Shown piece after piece: positions 25,881 through 39,104 of a DNA stretch of 64,000 nucleotides. Where the stretch lies: positions 45,386,001-45,450,000 of the forward strand of contig CM052816.1 of assembly GCA_028534125.1 (NCBI GenBank), in the 5' to 3' direction. Position 1 is the first letter of the stretch. The number at the start of each line of letters is the position of its first letter. This stretch comes from Lama glama (Eukaryota). The position numbers and the translations under genes were made by a program. The notes below the pieces were generated by a model. It did no database searches. It was not told where the DNA came from and saw nothing but the letters and a program-made list of their open reading frames with translations.

Positions 25881-26324
25881 ATCACAACTTTTCCAGTTTT
25901 GAGGAGAGCACACAGGCAGAGACTATTAACTCTCCTTGTTCATAAATGTTTCAAAAGTTACTTAGAGAATTTGTCCCTTAAGAGAGCTTGAAGGTAACTA
26001 AAATATCATGATCATATGACTACTGATAATTAGAAAAGGTTTCTTTGAAAACAGGCTGTTTTTGTTTTTCTTGTTGTTAATAAATAAACTTAGCTGGTAG
26101 ATTTAAAGGTCTGTTTAAAGACTGTTAACCACTTGACCTGTAAAGTTTGTGAAAAAGAATCTAGCAGCTGCTGGTAAATGAAAATCAATGAGAAATGGGG
26201 GAAAAAACTCTTTTATTAAAGGTTAATTATTAGATAAAATAATAAAATTTACAAAATTTTTACTTAGATAATTTTGAGTAATATACTTGCATAGTTATGC
26301 TTCACTAAGCATAATATCCAAATT

Positions 26325-26707
26325 CTGTGGTCTGGGATTAAGAACCATGCAGTTTATCACCACTTAATAGTTAACTGACCTTAGACAAGCTAAATAAATT
26401 TTCTGAGCCTCAGGTTTATTTACCATTCTTTTTCTTTTTTAATAGCTTTCCCACCAAACTTTTAATATTTAGAGGACTTTTCTTATTTTTAACAGAAGTA
26501 CTGAAGATTGAACCCAGGGTTTTGTGCATGGTAAGCACATGCTCTGCCACTGAGCCATACCTAATCCCCCAGGCTTATCATTCTTTAGTAAGGACAATAA
26601 GAGTGGGCCACTCAAAGATTTGCTGTGATTGAATGACATGGTCTTCACGAAAGCTTTAGCACAGTGGCTGGCACAGAGTAGAGCCTCAGTAAGGTTATAT
26701 TATTATT
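26325..26707 (+). mobile_element. MIR interrupted by a SINE
   Basis: TGACCTTAGACAAG...TCTGAGCCTCAG before the insert and AAAGCTTTAGCACAGTGGCTGGCACAGAGTA after it. Confidence 0.7.
26430..26569 (-). mobile_element. Second, more diverged Vic-1-like SINE
   Basis: GAAGTACTGAAGATTGAACCCAGGG...TGCATGGTAAGCACATGCTCTGCCACTGAGCCATAC aligns to the 1423-1595 copy; imperfect flanking repeat CAGG-TTAT...CATTCTTT. Confidence 0.8.
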
Positions 26708-27819
26708 CAGCTAAGCCTGGATCTATTACCACAGTCCCATCAACCACCGCACAAACAGAACAAAGGATTAGATTTCCACTGTCAGTGTAACCGTACTAAG
26801 AGGGTCTTACTAAATCTTTAAGATCCATGTCATGTGACAAACAGTATAGCATATTCACCTGCAAAGATTGGTGATACTCAGGCAGGACAAAAGTATCACA
26901 TATCTTTGAACAACTAATTCTAAATAAGTTCAAATAAAATGAACACATGCATCTTGCAAGTGCCTTTTGGTCAGCTCAGTTTTCCCTGTGGACACTCATG
27001 TGGAACTCATTTTAGAATGAGGTTCTATAGAAAGGAAGCTCCCCTTTGTGATTATATTTAGAAAACTACTCTGCAACGGAAAGAGATGCTTAAATTGTGA
27101 CAAACAGGGTTTATAAGGCACAGAGTTGAAAAACTCTGAATGAAGAATTCAGGTTTCCATATCAAATTTACATTTCTTGCAATCGAGAAAAAAAAACTTG
27201 GAGACATTTCCTAAAAGTGTATTATAATCAACACTATTAAAGGTATTTTACAATTCTATATCAATCATTAAATCCAATCTAAAATGCAACCACTTTTAGA
27301 AGTAAAACTTCTACTACTAGACTAACTGGTTAGATAACTTCTACCAAATCATAAAAATAAGGATTCCCACTAAGAAGATAATAAATACCGATGTAACAGG
27401 ATGTTTGCAGTAAAAAGTCTACAAATTCAGGCTTATGCTTTGGGTGAGGAGTGAAATTCATGAAAGCGCTAATTCTCTGATTGCTAGTGTAATTGCTGCC
27501 ACTGTGGGAGATGACACTCCCATTCCAGAGGTGGGCCCAGATCAATGCAGACACTGCTTTTGCCCTGCCTCTGTCGTAACGCATTGAGAAGGCCCTGGCC
27601 ATTCATTTCTGCAGTCTGTAATGCACACAGTTTGCCTGGGGTGCAAATTACGCAGACCAAAGCACCAACTTCTGGTTAAATGGGGCAAATCATTTTTGCA
27701 GTGAGCCTGATCATGATCAGAAATATATGTGCACTTGACTAAGACAGAATAAGGTTAAGAGAGATGATGTGACACAGAAGTCCAGGCATGAGCACTGGAG
27801 CAGAGCCACCTACTAGGCT

Positions 27820-27985
27820 GTTTAATGGATGTTTGACCTCAGGAAAGTTAAAATTTTTGTGCCTCAGTATCTTCATCTTGTAAAATGGCAATAAATACCT
27901 AGGATAATCGTGAGGATTAGATACATTTATATGTTTAAAGGGATCTGAACAGTGCCTAATTAATAAATCATTAATATGTGTTTCT
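27820..27985 (+). mobile_element. MIR SINE
   Basis: TGTGCCTCAGTATCTTCATCTTGTAAAATGG...GTGAGGATTA...GAACAGTGCCT. Confidence 0.8.
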
Positions 27986-28539
27986 AACAATACGTTTGTG
28001 AATATTCCAGTTCTATTCTTCAAATGTAGGAATGGCCTCCCTTCGATTTTAGAGTTTGCTTCTGAACAATTTTTCCCACTCAATTCAATCTGTAAAATAT
28101 TTTTTTCAAGACTTACTATGTCTGTCTAGTCTTGTCTTTCATACAATATAAATCTGGACGGTTAAGGAGAGTAAAAATAATGTTTCAAACTGAACATCAA
28201 GGTCCCAAATTTCTACTATACAGCAGTAAGTGTGGATGACATAGATTTGAAAATTGGACTTGATTAACTTTGAGCAAAAGTTGATGCCGCAAAGGGTCAA
28301 AAGAAATGCTTGGTACTGTCATTAAAATCATAAAGGCCACTGGGACCTCAAGTCGACTCAGGCCTGCCCGCTCAGCTGCTTCCCTCTTCCTTTCCTCCCC
28401 TTCCCTCCATTACAAGAGGACCTGGTGTCAGCGCTGCTACAGGCTTTGTGCTTTTCCCCATTGGTCTCCTTGAGAAGTTATGTATCTCCTCTAACAGCCG
28501 TTAACAAAGTTCTCTCCTCTCCACATTCACAATGACATT

Positions 28540-28750
28540 AATAACAACTTTTTACTGGTGAAGTATTTACCATGTATTAGGCACCTTGTGAAGGCACTTA
28601 TACACTTTTTTGGCCATTTTATGCTCCTAACAACTCCCTGAGACTGGCTCATTAAGTCAACTGCCCACAGCATGCAGCTCAGAACTGGCAGAGCTGAGGT
28701 GTGAGCCCAGGGAGTAACAGTGCAGACAGGGTGCTCTCACCATTACTGGG
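28540..28750 (-). mobile_element. MIR SINE
   Basis: ATGCTCCTAACAACTCCCTGAG...CTGCCCACAG...TGGCAGAGCTGAG...TGAGCCCAGG. Confidence 0.65.
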
Positions 28751-29872
28751 CTGCCCCTACAGGAGACTGCAACTTATATACAGTGTGTCCTCACCCTGAG
28801 CTACAGGAAGACACTTCTCGTGGGACCTGAGACAGTTCTCATTTTAATTAACTTCCTGAGACAACAAGGGGGGAAAATCCACAGTGCTGTTTCTGATTCA
28901 AAAAATGTACAGTCTTTTGGAGATGCAGAAAGCTAAGAAGGCAGAAGCCAAAATAGATACATAAATAAAGGGAGGAAAAATTATATATTTAACATTTAAT
29001 ATTTCTTATTTGAAATTCAGCTGCAATAATATTAAACCCACTAATGTGACAAATGAGAAGTTTCAAAGTCAACATCTGTGTGATTCATTTTATATATTTT
29101 ATATTAATAAAAATTACCACAAATTAAAATAAACTTTATTCTCCTTTTAGGTAAACCAGTGTATAAAACAGTGTTATAAACCAATTTTTTAGTTTCTACA
29201 GAAACATTAAGAGAACAGATCTAAATTACACCTTTTAAAAGATTTTGAATAAACAAAGGTAATTGATCAAAGATTCGGCACATGAGGCCTAGATGAGAAT
29301 GTTGGATCAAGAGACAAAATGATATTTCCTAATGTTTAAAGAATACGTAAGAGTTCAAAAGGCAAATGCCTAGTTGTCTGTCTGAAAGGGTCACATGTTG
29401 TCAATACATGAAAGAACTAAGTTAAAAATAGAATTCTCATTTTGCTGTTACCCCCTCTCTTCCTGAAGAACTTCACTTAAAATAGAGCTACACTGATTTT
29501 ACAGCCATAATTACCTTCCTTGGTAAATCCATTATCAAATGTGTTTAAGCTGTTATAGTTCTCTATTAAAACTCCTTTACTAGGTTTATTGTAGAACAGA
29601 CAGAAAACACATTAACTGGAACTCTGTTTTTCAATATTAAGTAAGATATGGCCACTATTTGGTTAATAAATGGACCATCTCAGACTAGGTTAATGTTATC
29701 CTTCTTTCTGAGTTGCAAAGTTCAACTACCTGACCACAATTGTAATAGGAAATAGAAACAATGACAAAAAGAACCTGCTATCACCATTGTCAAAAAATTA
29801 ATTCCCGTAAAAATCAGATTTTTCATCAGGATTCAGTTTGCTACTGAAGATAAAAATAAAATTATGACATTT

Positions 29873-29960
29873 TATATATATATATACATATATATATGTA
29901 TATATATACATAAAAATATGTATATATATATATATATATATATAAGGTATATATATATAT
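29873..29960. repeat. Imperfect (TA)n microsatellite
   Basis: About 88 bp of interrupted TA dinucleotide repeat. Confidence 0.95.
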
Positions 29961-32139
29961 CTTTTAAAAAGATTCTCACCAAGAATTTGAAGACCGACGC
30001 TACCAGCCATAATGCAATTACATGTCAAAGTTGATCTATCTATCCACATATAACCTCTTCCTCAAAAACTAATTAGTTCACTTAAGTGTATGTAGACTGT
30101 GTATTCAGGAAAATGGTACACAGTTTAATTTTCCAACAAAACCAAATTCTTTTCAGTTATGATTTCAAATGAGAACCTAATGATTCAGTAAGTGGCATAT
30201 TCTCTCTTCAGAAGAAACTTGAGTAGAGTCTAAGTTCATCTTGTCACTCCCAGACTGAAACCAGCCCTCCCTGGGAGTACCTATTTTTGTCGGTGGGATT
30301 TCCGTTACACCTGACGGAAGTACCACTGGTTTTTGCTCCAAGTGTAGTTAAGGAAGGGTTTATATTAGGAGCGTAAATATCAGCTTCAACATGTTTGCCT
30401 CCTGAGTTGTAGCTTCAACCTGCAAGTTCTTGGCAAGAATCTTTTTAAGGCATTTGGTCATTTTGTGAGTGCAATTTTGGTTGAAGCTAGAAACACAATC
30501 TGTAAATCTAGGCACACGTAAATTACAATAACTCAAAAATGCTGAAAGTAAATAAACACATAAAGTCCCCACCGTCACCCTTCCAGGCTGTCAAGGTTAT
30601 ACTCCTCCCTCCAGAAACCAGTTACTACTCTTGGTATGTGATTATCTAGCGTACAGAGTAACTTGGGTCACTCTATATTTTAAATATTTGTACTTTTGAT
30701 TCATTTTTATTTTAAGTACTTTCTTTTTTATTTCTATTATATTTTAAAAATAATATTCATTAAAAGTTTTAAAGATAAAAATGCATTGAATTGATCATTA
30801 CAATCATTTATGTCCATACCCCAATGGATCATCCTGCATATTTCTGAGGTGCATACTACAGACTCTGAAGACCACTGGCATAGAGAATGAAATATGAACT
30901 CCAACTTGTCTCAAAAATTCCTTCACAGCCCAACCTTGATTTTTTTTCTTTAAGTATTTCCACAAATGAATCTCTGGGGGTAAGCAAGGCGGTTGCTATG
31001 ACAGAAGAAGCTGGTTGGAAAAATGAGACTGCAACATTCTTCAGTTGGAAATATAGTCTATGCAGGAGGTCAGCAACTAGATAGATAATAAGCCAGCAAC
31101 TAGGTAGATGGTAAGCTAACTACACTAACAAGCCAAGGGTCTGAGTGAGGACAGCAAGTCAGGAGTGTCAGCCAGGAAGAAACGAGAACACACACAGGTC
31201 ATAGGAGCTGAGAGACCAAAGGCAGAAAAGAAATCAAGCAGGCAGAGGAGAACCCGAGACACAATGGCAAGGCTCTGGGCATGGTCAAAAGGTCGAGGAG
31301 TCCGGAATCAGGAGATCCACTATAACAAGCACAGGGTTGGTGAAAGGACAAGGAAACAGATGCGAGACTCGAGCAACAAAGCAATTTGATGCTGAAGCAA
31401 TTTTGTGATGGCCAGGAAGTTTCTTACACGTTTCCTACTGGATCCTTTCCCAGAACTTGGCTAGTGGGACCCGGTGCATAGCAGCGGGCTAGTGCGAGTG
31501 TCTGGAGGAAAGGTGGACTAGGGAGGAGGGATCGAGGGAATACCCTCCCTCGCCTTACCTCTGCCTCGATGCTCCCCGCCCCTGGAGTAGTCCCCTCTCC
31601 TATTCATCCTTAAAATTACCCTCTATTCTTACCCACTCCTTTAGCCCTTCTTTAACCATCTCAGCACACTACTCTGAATTCTGATAGCATTTATTTTATC
31701 CTCTGAGCATTTTGATACAACTGTGTGAAGACCTGCATTTTTTTCTTGTTTCATGTGTCAGCATCTTCAAAGAGATTCCAAACACCTGGAGAGCTATGAA
31801 TTCACTTTACACTTTGATTTCTAGTAGTCAATGCTCCTTAAATGCTTCTGAGAGTTTTCTGAATACTGTGATATCAGGCTTTACCCAGACAAATGCACAG
31901 AGGGGCATGGACACAATATGTGGTATATAATTACATAAGAGCAGGTAATTTACCAGAGATAATTATAATAAAATTCTACCACTGAATTCAAAACAAAGGT
32001 GAGCAAATAAAAAAGGCTTCTGTACCAAAATATAACAGAGATCTCTTCACCTGTGTGAAATATGAAGAAACAGAATAGGAAATATTGGACACTAGTCTTT
32101 AAAGCACTCATTACTATCCATCCAGGGACAGGTAACTAT

Positions 32140-32540
32140 AACATTCATTTATTAATATATTGACATATTCCATAAACACCTACAATATCCCTGCTATTGA
32201 ATACCTTGAAGATACTAGGGTAGATGCTAGGCACAAAGAGGGATACAGAGATGAATAAAGCATCATCACAGCCTCAGAAAAACCTAGACAATACAAAATA
32301 TTTCAGGGCCACCTAATCACACCCAGAAAGGCTGCCCAGGCATTTGATACTGTGCATGAAGAATGAGGAGTAATCACTAGGCAAAGAAAGGAGAGAAGCT
32401 GCAGGTGGCAGCACCATCTACAGAGGCAGAGATATGAGACCACTGGAGGGTGGGTGTGGGGAAGGGGGATGTGAGAAAGAGAAAGGATGGACGGTGACCT
32501 TCATCCTGGAGGCACAGATAAGCCATGGCCAGTTTTTAAG
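32140..32540 (-). mobile_element. L2 fragment
   Basis: CATTCATTTATTAATATATT...GATGCTAGG...GGATACAGAGATGAATAA. Confidence 0.55.
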
Positions 32541-34589
32541 TAGTAAACTAGTAGATTTCATCTGGGTTGGTGAACAAAAGTTAATATTTATTTAAGTGAT
32601 TATTTAATTGCAGGCTCTTACTAATCCATGAACCAACCAAAGTGATACATCACATTCAGGCTTCTTCTTTTGTTTCCAAGTTAGCTTTTTTTTTTTTTTT
32701 TAAAGCCGGCTGATTTCCAATCTATCTTTGAGAATAATTCAAAATGTATCCACCATTAGGTTGAAAGAGAGATGTCCACAGTGATACCATTTAATGTATT
32801 AATAATGATGTATCTGATAATTTGCTAATTAACTTAATTTAGACTACTTCCTGGTTGTATTTTCTAGACGTATCTTCACTTCGAAAAAATTCAGCCCTAC
32901 CTGAACTATCACCTGAGAATCACGAACCACAGCAGAAGTCACCTGCGGAGAGTCTGGTAGGTCTACATGTGTATCTCGACACAGGGAGATATATATGCAG
33001 GTATTTATGTTTCTATAAGTATATATAATTTATTTACACATTTGTATATATGGGGTAATACAAATTTTATTGAGTTACTCATGTCCTAATGGATCATTAG
33101 TCTACCAATACTGCCTTTTTTAGACTAAAAAATGGAAACCAAAAAGACCAAAAGACCAAAAGACAAACCCCCACCTGCTTGCCTTTTAGCTTAAGGTACA
33201 TTCCAATTTCTTTGTAAAGCGTATGTGACAAATGATCATAGTCCATAGTATGTTCCAAACAAAATATCCCTATTCCAAAACAATAGTGAAAGTTACTCAA
33301 GTAAAAGAAAATACTGCTATTATTTAAACTTGTAGAAAGCTAATATAATTACCCCATTTGAAAGAGATAAATATTGCTCAATATTAAAATTAAAAAATCT
33401 TTGGTGTGTATTATAAAACAAACATAAGGAATCTATCTCTACCTGAAATCATGAACGGTATTACAATTTCATGGAAATATTTTGGGGTAATGACTTTCAA
33501 ATGAATACAGGAAGAATGTTATTAAAAAGAACAAAGATTAGGAAATATACTGTCGCGGTAACCCTGCAGTGGGGAAAAGAACAGTCTCTTATGATCTAAT
33601 AGGATTTTTCCATTCTTAACTTGGTTAATCTGAAACACAAAGCAAATAAATCATTCCTGGTTTCTGAAAGTCCATGGTGATACTCAAAGGAAATTAATCC
33701 CCTTTGCCATACATGATTGAGAAAAACATATTATTAAAGTCAACTCAGTAAAAAATCTAGATTTATTACTAAAAGAAGATGTCATTTTTTTCCCATAAAA
33801 CAAGACATTTTTTCCATCCCTTTCCAAACATTTTCTAACACAAAAGTGGCTTTCCAGTGTTGGGAAATGTGTGTTGTATGTGTAGGTTGGCAAAGGTATG
33901 ATGCTGGCACAAGGGAGAGCATGGTAAACTCAGTATGGTGAAGAGATCGGCCTTTGAAACCTGAAAGCAGAGTGCTGGCTTCTGAAAAACCAGGTGTATC
34001 ATCACTTTAATATGTTGGGGGGAAAAGAGCCAGGCAAAAGTGTGATTCTTACCAAACACAGCCACTATAATGGCATCAAAATGTTATCATTTAAAAAATA
34101 TTTATTTAGAACCCAACTGCACAGGCATAAGGCAAGAAGTGTCCTCTCGGCATTAAACATCAAAGACAGGCACTTACATGGATGTACATATACTGAAACA
34201 TGGAATTAAACTTGCACGGCAAATATATGAGCAGGAAATGAGGCATTAGTATTCCTCAGTTACAAGCGGTATGCACCGCAGCACGGAGGCAACATCTGCA
34301 AGTGGGTTGAGGACAGGACAGCCATGGACACTCTTCCTCCCAACTGAATAAACTATGTGGAAACAGTCTGGTCTTTGGTCAGTCAGAAGAGTTTGATGAA
34401 AGAGCGAAGATTTCAAAATCTGGTAGAAAGTTCACAAAACAGGTACCAACTGTAAGGTTCCAGAGGTGGGCGATGACAGAAGTGCTGAGAAGCCACTGAG
34501 TAACGGAGTCTAGCTCAAAGTTGATTTCTCGTGGAAAGGAATAATAACCTGGGTAACTGGTGTGCTGAAGAAAAGGAATTAAGATTAAA

Positions 34590-35005
34590 TGGCTCAAACC
34601 AGGGGTTTTCCCGGACTCCTTGTTTTTCCTTACACACAATGTATAATCCAGCAGCAAATCCTGTTGGCTTTACCTTCAAAATATAGCGCAAACCTGAAAC
34701 CTCTTCTCCCCACTATGGATCCCTTAGCTCAAGCCATCACTACACTTCTCCTGGACTCTTACAAAGGCCTCTTAACTGTTCTCTTTGTTTTCACTATTCC
34801 GCACCATCCACTATTCACCACAATCTCTCCTCCACTCAGCAGCCAAAACTTTGTAAAGAATTTGTAATCACTTAGCATCACACTGCTTATCGTAAGTGAC
34901 TAGAACTTACAGTATCTGGATCCTACTTCTTTTAAATTCAACTCCTTCCATTCTCTGCCCTGCTTTCTCCAGCCTAGCATACTGGACTTCCTGCTGGTAC
35001 TCAAT
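34590..35005 (+). mobile_element. L2 fragment
   Basis: CAGCAAATCCTGTTGGCTTTACCTTCAAAATATA...CAAGCCATCAC...TCTCCTGGAC. Confidence 0.8.
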
Positions 35006-35529
35006 TCAGAACAGTTAACAGCTATTTCATGTAACCTGACCATGTATAGACACTGTTTAACCATGAGCCTTCTCTTAGCTAGGAGAATCTGCTACTGAAT
35101 TGAGTTACAGAAATTTACATTTGGGAGTAACAACAGTGGTAATTTACCTGATTCCAGAACAAAGCAGTGCAATGTACGCATTTTCAAATTTATCTTTAAG
35201 ATAAGAACGATAAGCAGAAAGACACACAGAAATGGCCTATGGCTATGGGTGAATACGTTCCTTTGAAGTGTGAGATACATTCACCAACACTGCACGTGTG
35301 GGAACAAACAGGAGAAAAATGGTAAGAAAAGAGAAATAGGAAGGGGGGGGGGGACTTGAAAGCAAATTTCCCAAAACTTCACAGTGACTCACTCTGGGAG
35401 GTGATAATATGAAAGATAGTTATTTTATTCTTTGTAATTTGTTGGTATGCTTTATTCTTTAAAAAACAAAGTGCTATTGGGTGGAAATCTATGCTTTATC
35501 TCTTTGGCTCCAATTTTTCTTTTCTTAAG

Positions 35530-36140
35530 ACAAAGATTACAAACACCAATGTCTACAAGGCCCAATAACTGATATAAGTGAGTGAAGCCTGCAGGATGGG
35601 AACTGTGTCAAACTAGTGAGCACATCATCATGTCAAGAGCCATGTTCCAAATGAACTTACTTACAAAACAGAAACAGACTCACAGACATAGAAAACAAAC
35701 TTATGGTTACCAGTGGGGAAAGAGAGTGGGAAGGGATAACTGGGAGTTCAAGATTTGCAGATACTAACAACTATGTATAAAACAGTTAAATAACAAATTT
35801 CTACTGTATAGCACAGGAAACTATACTCAATACCTTTTAGTCATCTATAATGAAAAAGAATATGAAAAGGAACATATGTATGTATATGGGTGACTGAAAC
35901 ATTATGCTGTACACCAGAAACTGACACAACACTGTAAACTGACTATATTCAATAAAAAAATAAACAAATAAAAATGTATTTTAATTAAAAGAATTTTTAA
36001 GTCTTCAAAATAAAAAGAGGCATGTCCCTAGGTGCCTGGACATAACTGCTGCAGAGAAATGCAGGTAGTGGTGTTGCCAGATTTAAAATTTTTTCAACAT
36101 AGGAAATCTGGATTTTTGTTGGAATTTCCTGATTTTTGGA
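35530..36140 (+). mobile_element. MER102-like hAT element split by an L1 insertion
   Basis: 5' part CAAACACCAATGTCTACAAGG...ATAAGTGAGTGAAG; 3' part GTGTTGCCAGATTT...GGAAATCTGGATTTTTG. Confidence 0.55.
35649..35975 (+). mobile_element. 5'-truncated L1 3' UTR with A-rich tail
   Basis: ATGAACTTACTTACAAAACAGAAACAGACTCACAGACATAGAAAACAAACTTATGGTTACC...CTGTAAACTGACTATATTCAATAAAAAAA. Confidence 0.92.
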
Positions 36141-38068
36141 TCTGGGCAAATTATTTAAATTAGAAAAACAAGAAACAAAAAACATGCAACTCTGTGAGGG
36201 ACCCAAAAAACTTAAGGGATTTTTGACAGTGATTTTTGCCTATAAATTCCAAGGTACATATTTCTTTATTTGTTTTGTATACAAACCCATATTCACATTA
36301 AGTCTGAGAAGCACAGCTCTAGATTAAAGAAAAGTATGCAGACTAAGAGAACTATTAAATCCCTATCTAAATGGAGACTTCCCTAACAGTAGACACTTCT
36401 AAAGTGTTACTTTCTGCTAGCAAAATTTATTCCATTCTATTTATAATTAAGTCTCTACTACACGTTAACAGGGTGAACAGACTAGTGGAGTGACACCTAA
36501 AACAAGAGCTAGGTGGTAAAACTTTACTAAAATAGTAAATGAAAGAAGTACATGTGTCTTTCTTATATTGTGCATTGAACATGAAATTTATGGTTAAAAA
36601 AAAAGTGCAAGATCTAGGTAAGTCAAAGAAAGGAAACCAGAGGGATCAGTTAGGACAAATCCATAGTAAGAACTCCCTCTCCCAAAGAACCAGGGCAAGG
36701 GACATGACCCCTGGCGGACGGAAGACAAGTTGGTGAGGTCCGTTAGGTGGTGAGGGAATGTCAGCTAGCCAAAAATTCTCTCAGACTGAGATGCAGGAAG
36801 CTCCTGCTTTGATTAAAACTGTTCAAGTGAGGTGGAGTAGATGGGGGAACGGTGGGGGAAGAATGAGGCATGACAGTCTGGAAGAGGCAGTGGATTGGCA
36901 TATCAGGTCTGGAGAAATCTGAAAGCCTGTTCAGAGAAAGAAGAGAAACCACAAGTATCTGGAATGTAAAGATCAATGGTAGGGTACAAAGAAAGAGGGT
37001 GAAATGAGGCAGAGAGAAGAAAGTCCAAATTTATATAACAGATGCCAGTGAGGAAACACAGTGGCCTAAAGTCAGACCCCGGGAAACAAGCAAGAATGCA
37101 GGCTCTTGGTACAGGAAGAGGCAGACTTAGATTTTCAGATTTAGCCAAGTTTTTTCAACTTTACTGCTTTTGGCCAGGTAAGGAATGTTTATCTACTAAG
37201 AGACAGATGGGGTAAGGAACTTAACCCCAGAGAGGTATGGGGGTGATCTGCTCCCCAAGTAGACTGGAGGCCAGAACTGTCCTGCAGGTCTGGACTGACC
37301 TGGGACAGAGCAGTGCATCTTCCTCCACTGCAGGTGAACAAGGCCAGCCAGTCTACCATCTGCTGTATTTCTGCTAAAACCCAGCAGCCAGGAAGTTCAA
37401 CTGTTCCGTTGACTTTCCAAGCAGGGTATGATAAAGAAAGAGTTTAAAAAAAAATTTTACAGAAGCTAAGTAATTCTTTTCAGTGTCATGTGTGATCTTC
37501 GGTCTTCACGATTGATAATAAAGACAGGCAGCAGCAGAGTCCATTCTCATCTTTAACCATAACTTGTTTCCAAGAATCAGTTACACCATCCCCAGTCCCT
37601 TTGGTTGAGTTACTTTCAACTAGCCACCAGCATTTAAATTTATTCAAGCATGCTTGAAATATCAGACACTTTGAAAATGCTAACCTACATTTTTATTCAG
37701 AAGGAAAGCACTTCAGTATAACAAGTCCTAATGGTGACATCTGCTACAAAAGTGATAATACACCAATGACTCAAGACTGACTAAGCAAACTAAACCTTGG
37801 AACTCGTCTGCTTATCAAGCTTTAAAAACTAATTTCTATGACCAGTTTGAAATGCAGGAGCTAAATTAAATTATATCAACCATTGAAAGCAATGAAATGA
37901 CTACTGAATTGCTGGGTCCCCTACTTCTTGGCTCAAGCAAACTGATTAAAGTCATCAGAGACTTCTGTGCTGTGGTTCTGAAGAGAAAGCACTATCCATT
38001 ATCGTGTCCTTGTCTGCAAAGGAACTTCAGCACCTGGGCCCCTCACAGTCTACACCCTGTTGGTCCAC

Positions 38069-38087
38069 TCGCCACTAGATGGCGCCA
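38069..38087 (+). promoter_or_regulatory. CTCF core binding motif
   Basis: TCGCCACTAGATGGCGCCA matches the CCASYAGRKGGCRS consensus at all core positions; two CpGs retained in AT-rich unique DNA. Confidence 0.75.
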
Positions 38088-39104
38088 TAACAAGAGTGCA
38101 TCTAGCCCTGGTGGTCCCCTCCTTTGACATTTAATTATGCTTTGTGCTGGTGCAGTTATCAAGGAGTTCATGACAAGATTATTTTTAGTAGCTTTTTTTC
38201 CCTTGAGAAATCATAGTGCTTATTTTTTCACTCACATGGGATATTTATTTTGTCAGTTTCACTTTTAATACATGAGTATTGAAACCATAAGAATGCAACG
38301 CAGCAGTCAGGGACCAAACACACTGCACAAGTATCAGCTGCTGGATATACTAGCTACAACAATACAACTGTTTTCTACTCAGTTCTTAAGAATAAACCCC
38401 AATGCTTACACAATGAGTAACAAAAAAATTCACAGCAGTATCAGATTTACATGTTTTTAAATTTGGTCACTTCAGGCTAAACTTACAAGTTTAGGTGACA
38501 AAGAGATAAATTTCTTTCCTTAGACTTTGAAATAGCTCAGAAACAAAGAGCAGATCTACTGCATTTAAACTAATTCATGACAGTTTTATAAAAAATATAT
38601 GGTCCAACAAGTTTCATTTTCAACTGCACTAAAGTCCACTTAGCTTGACCATTTGATAGTCAACCGTCTCAGAGGCTGGGGTTCCAGGAGTTACCTGCAC
38701 CCCAGTGGGTACTCCTGAGACTAGACAGATCAGTGCACATCTCAGTCTAACGAATGGCACGAATTTATAGATAAAACAAATTTCAGTTCAATTATTTGCA
38801 TATTTGCACAAAATTAATAGATAAATGTACTGTTTAATTAAAGCAAAGTGTGAAAACTATCCTTTTTAATATATGCTCCTCTTGACTGCAGGCTTTCAGC
38901 TGTCTGGGATGATCTTGGGTGTAAGTTCCATGTTACAGTACATCACCCAAGCTGGACCTGTCAGCAAAATAAAAGTTATTTCAACTGTCAATAGCTAACT
39001 TTCTCATCAATTAATCTTCTAACCTCAAATGTGCTGAAAAAAGACACAGATAGTCTATGCATTTACTAAACTGAGAAAAAAAATGTTAAATTTTAAAGAC
39101 ATGC

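Noticed and set aside
29975..30045. Possible minus-strand exon ending CTTG|GTGAGA
   Set aside because: No adequate polypyrimidine tract upstream
32397..32415. Second CTCF-like motif GCTGCAGGTGGCAGCA
   Set aside because: Lacks the leading CCA and lies in an L2 remnant
36600..37420. Purine-rich LTR-like segment (similar ones at about 13000-13550 and 31080-31560)
   Set aside because: Probably old LTR remnants, but I could not assign termini or family reliably
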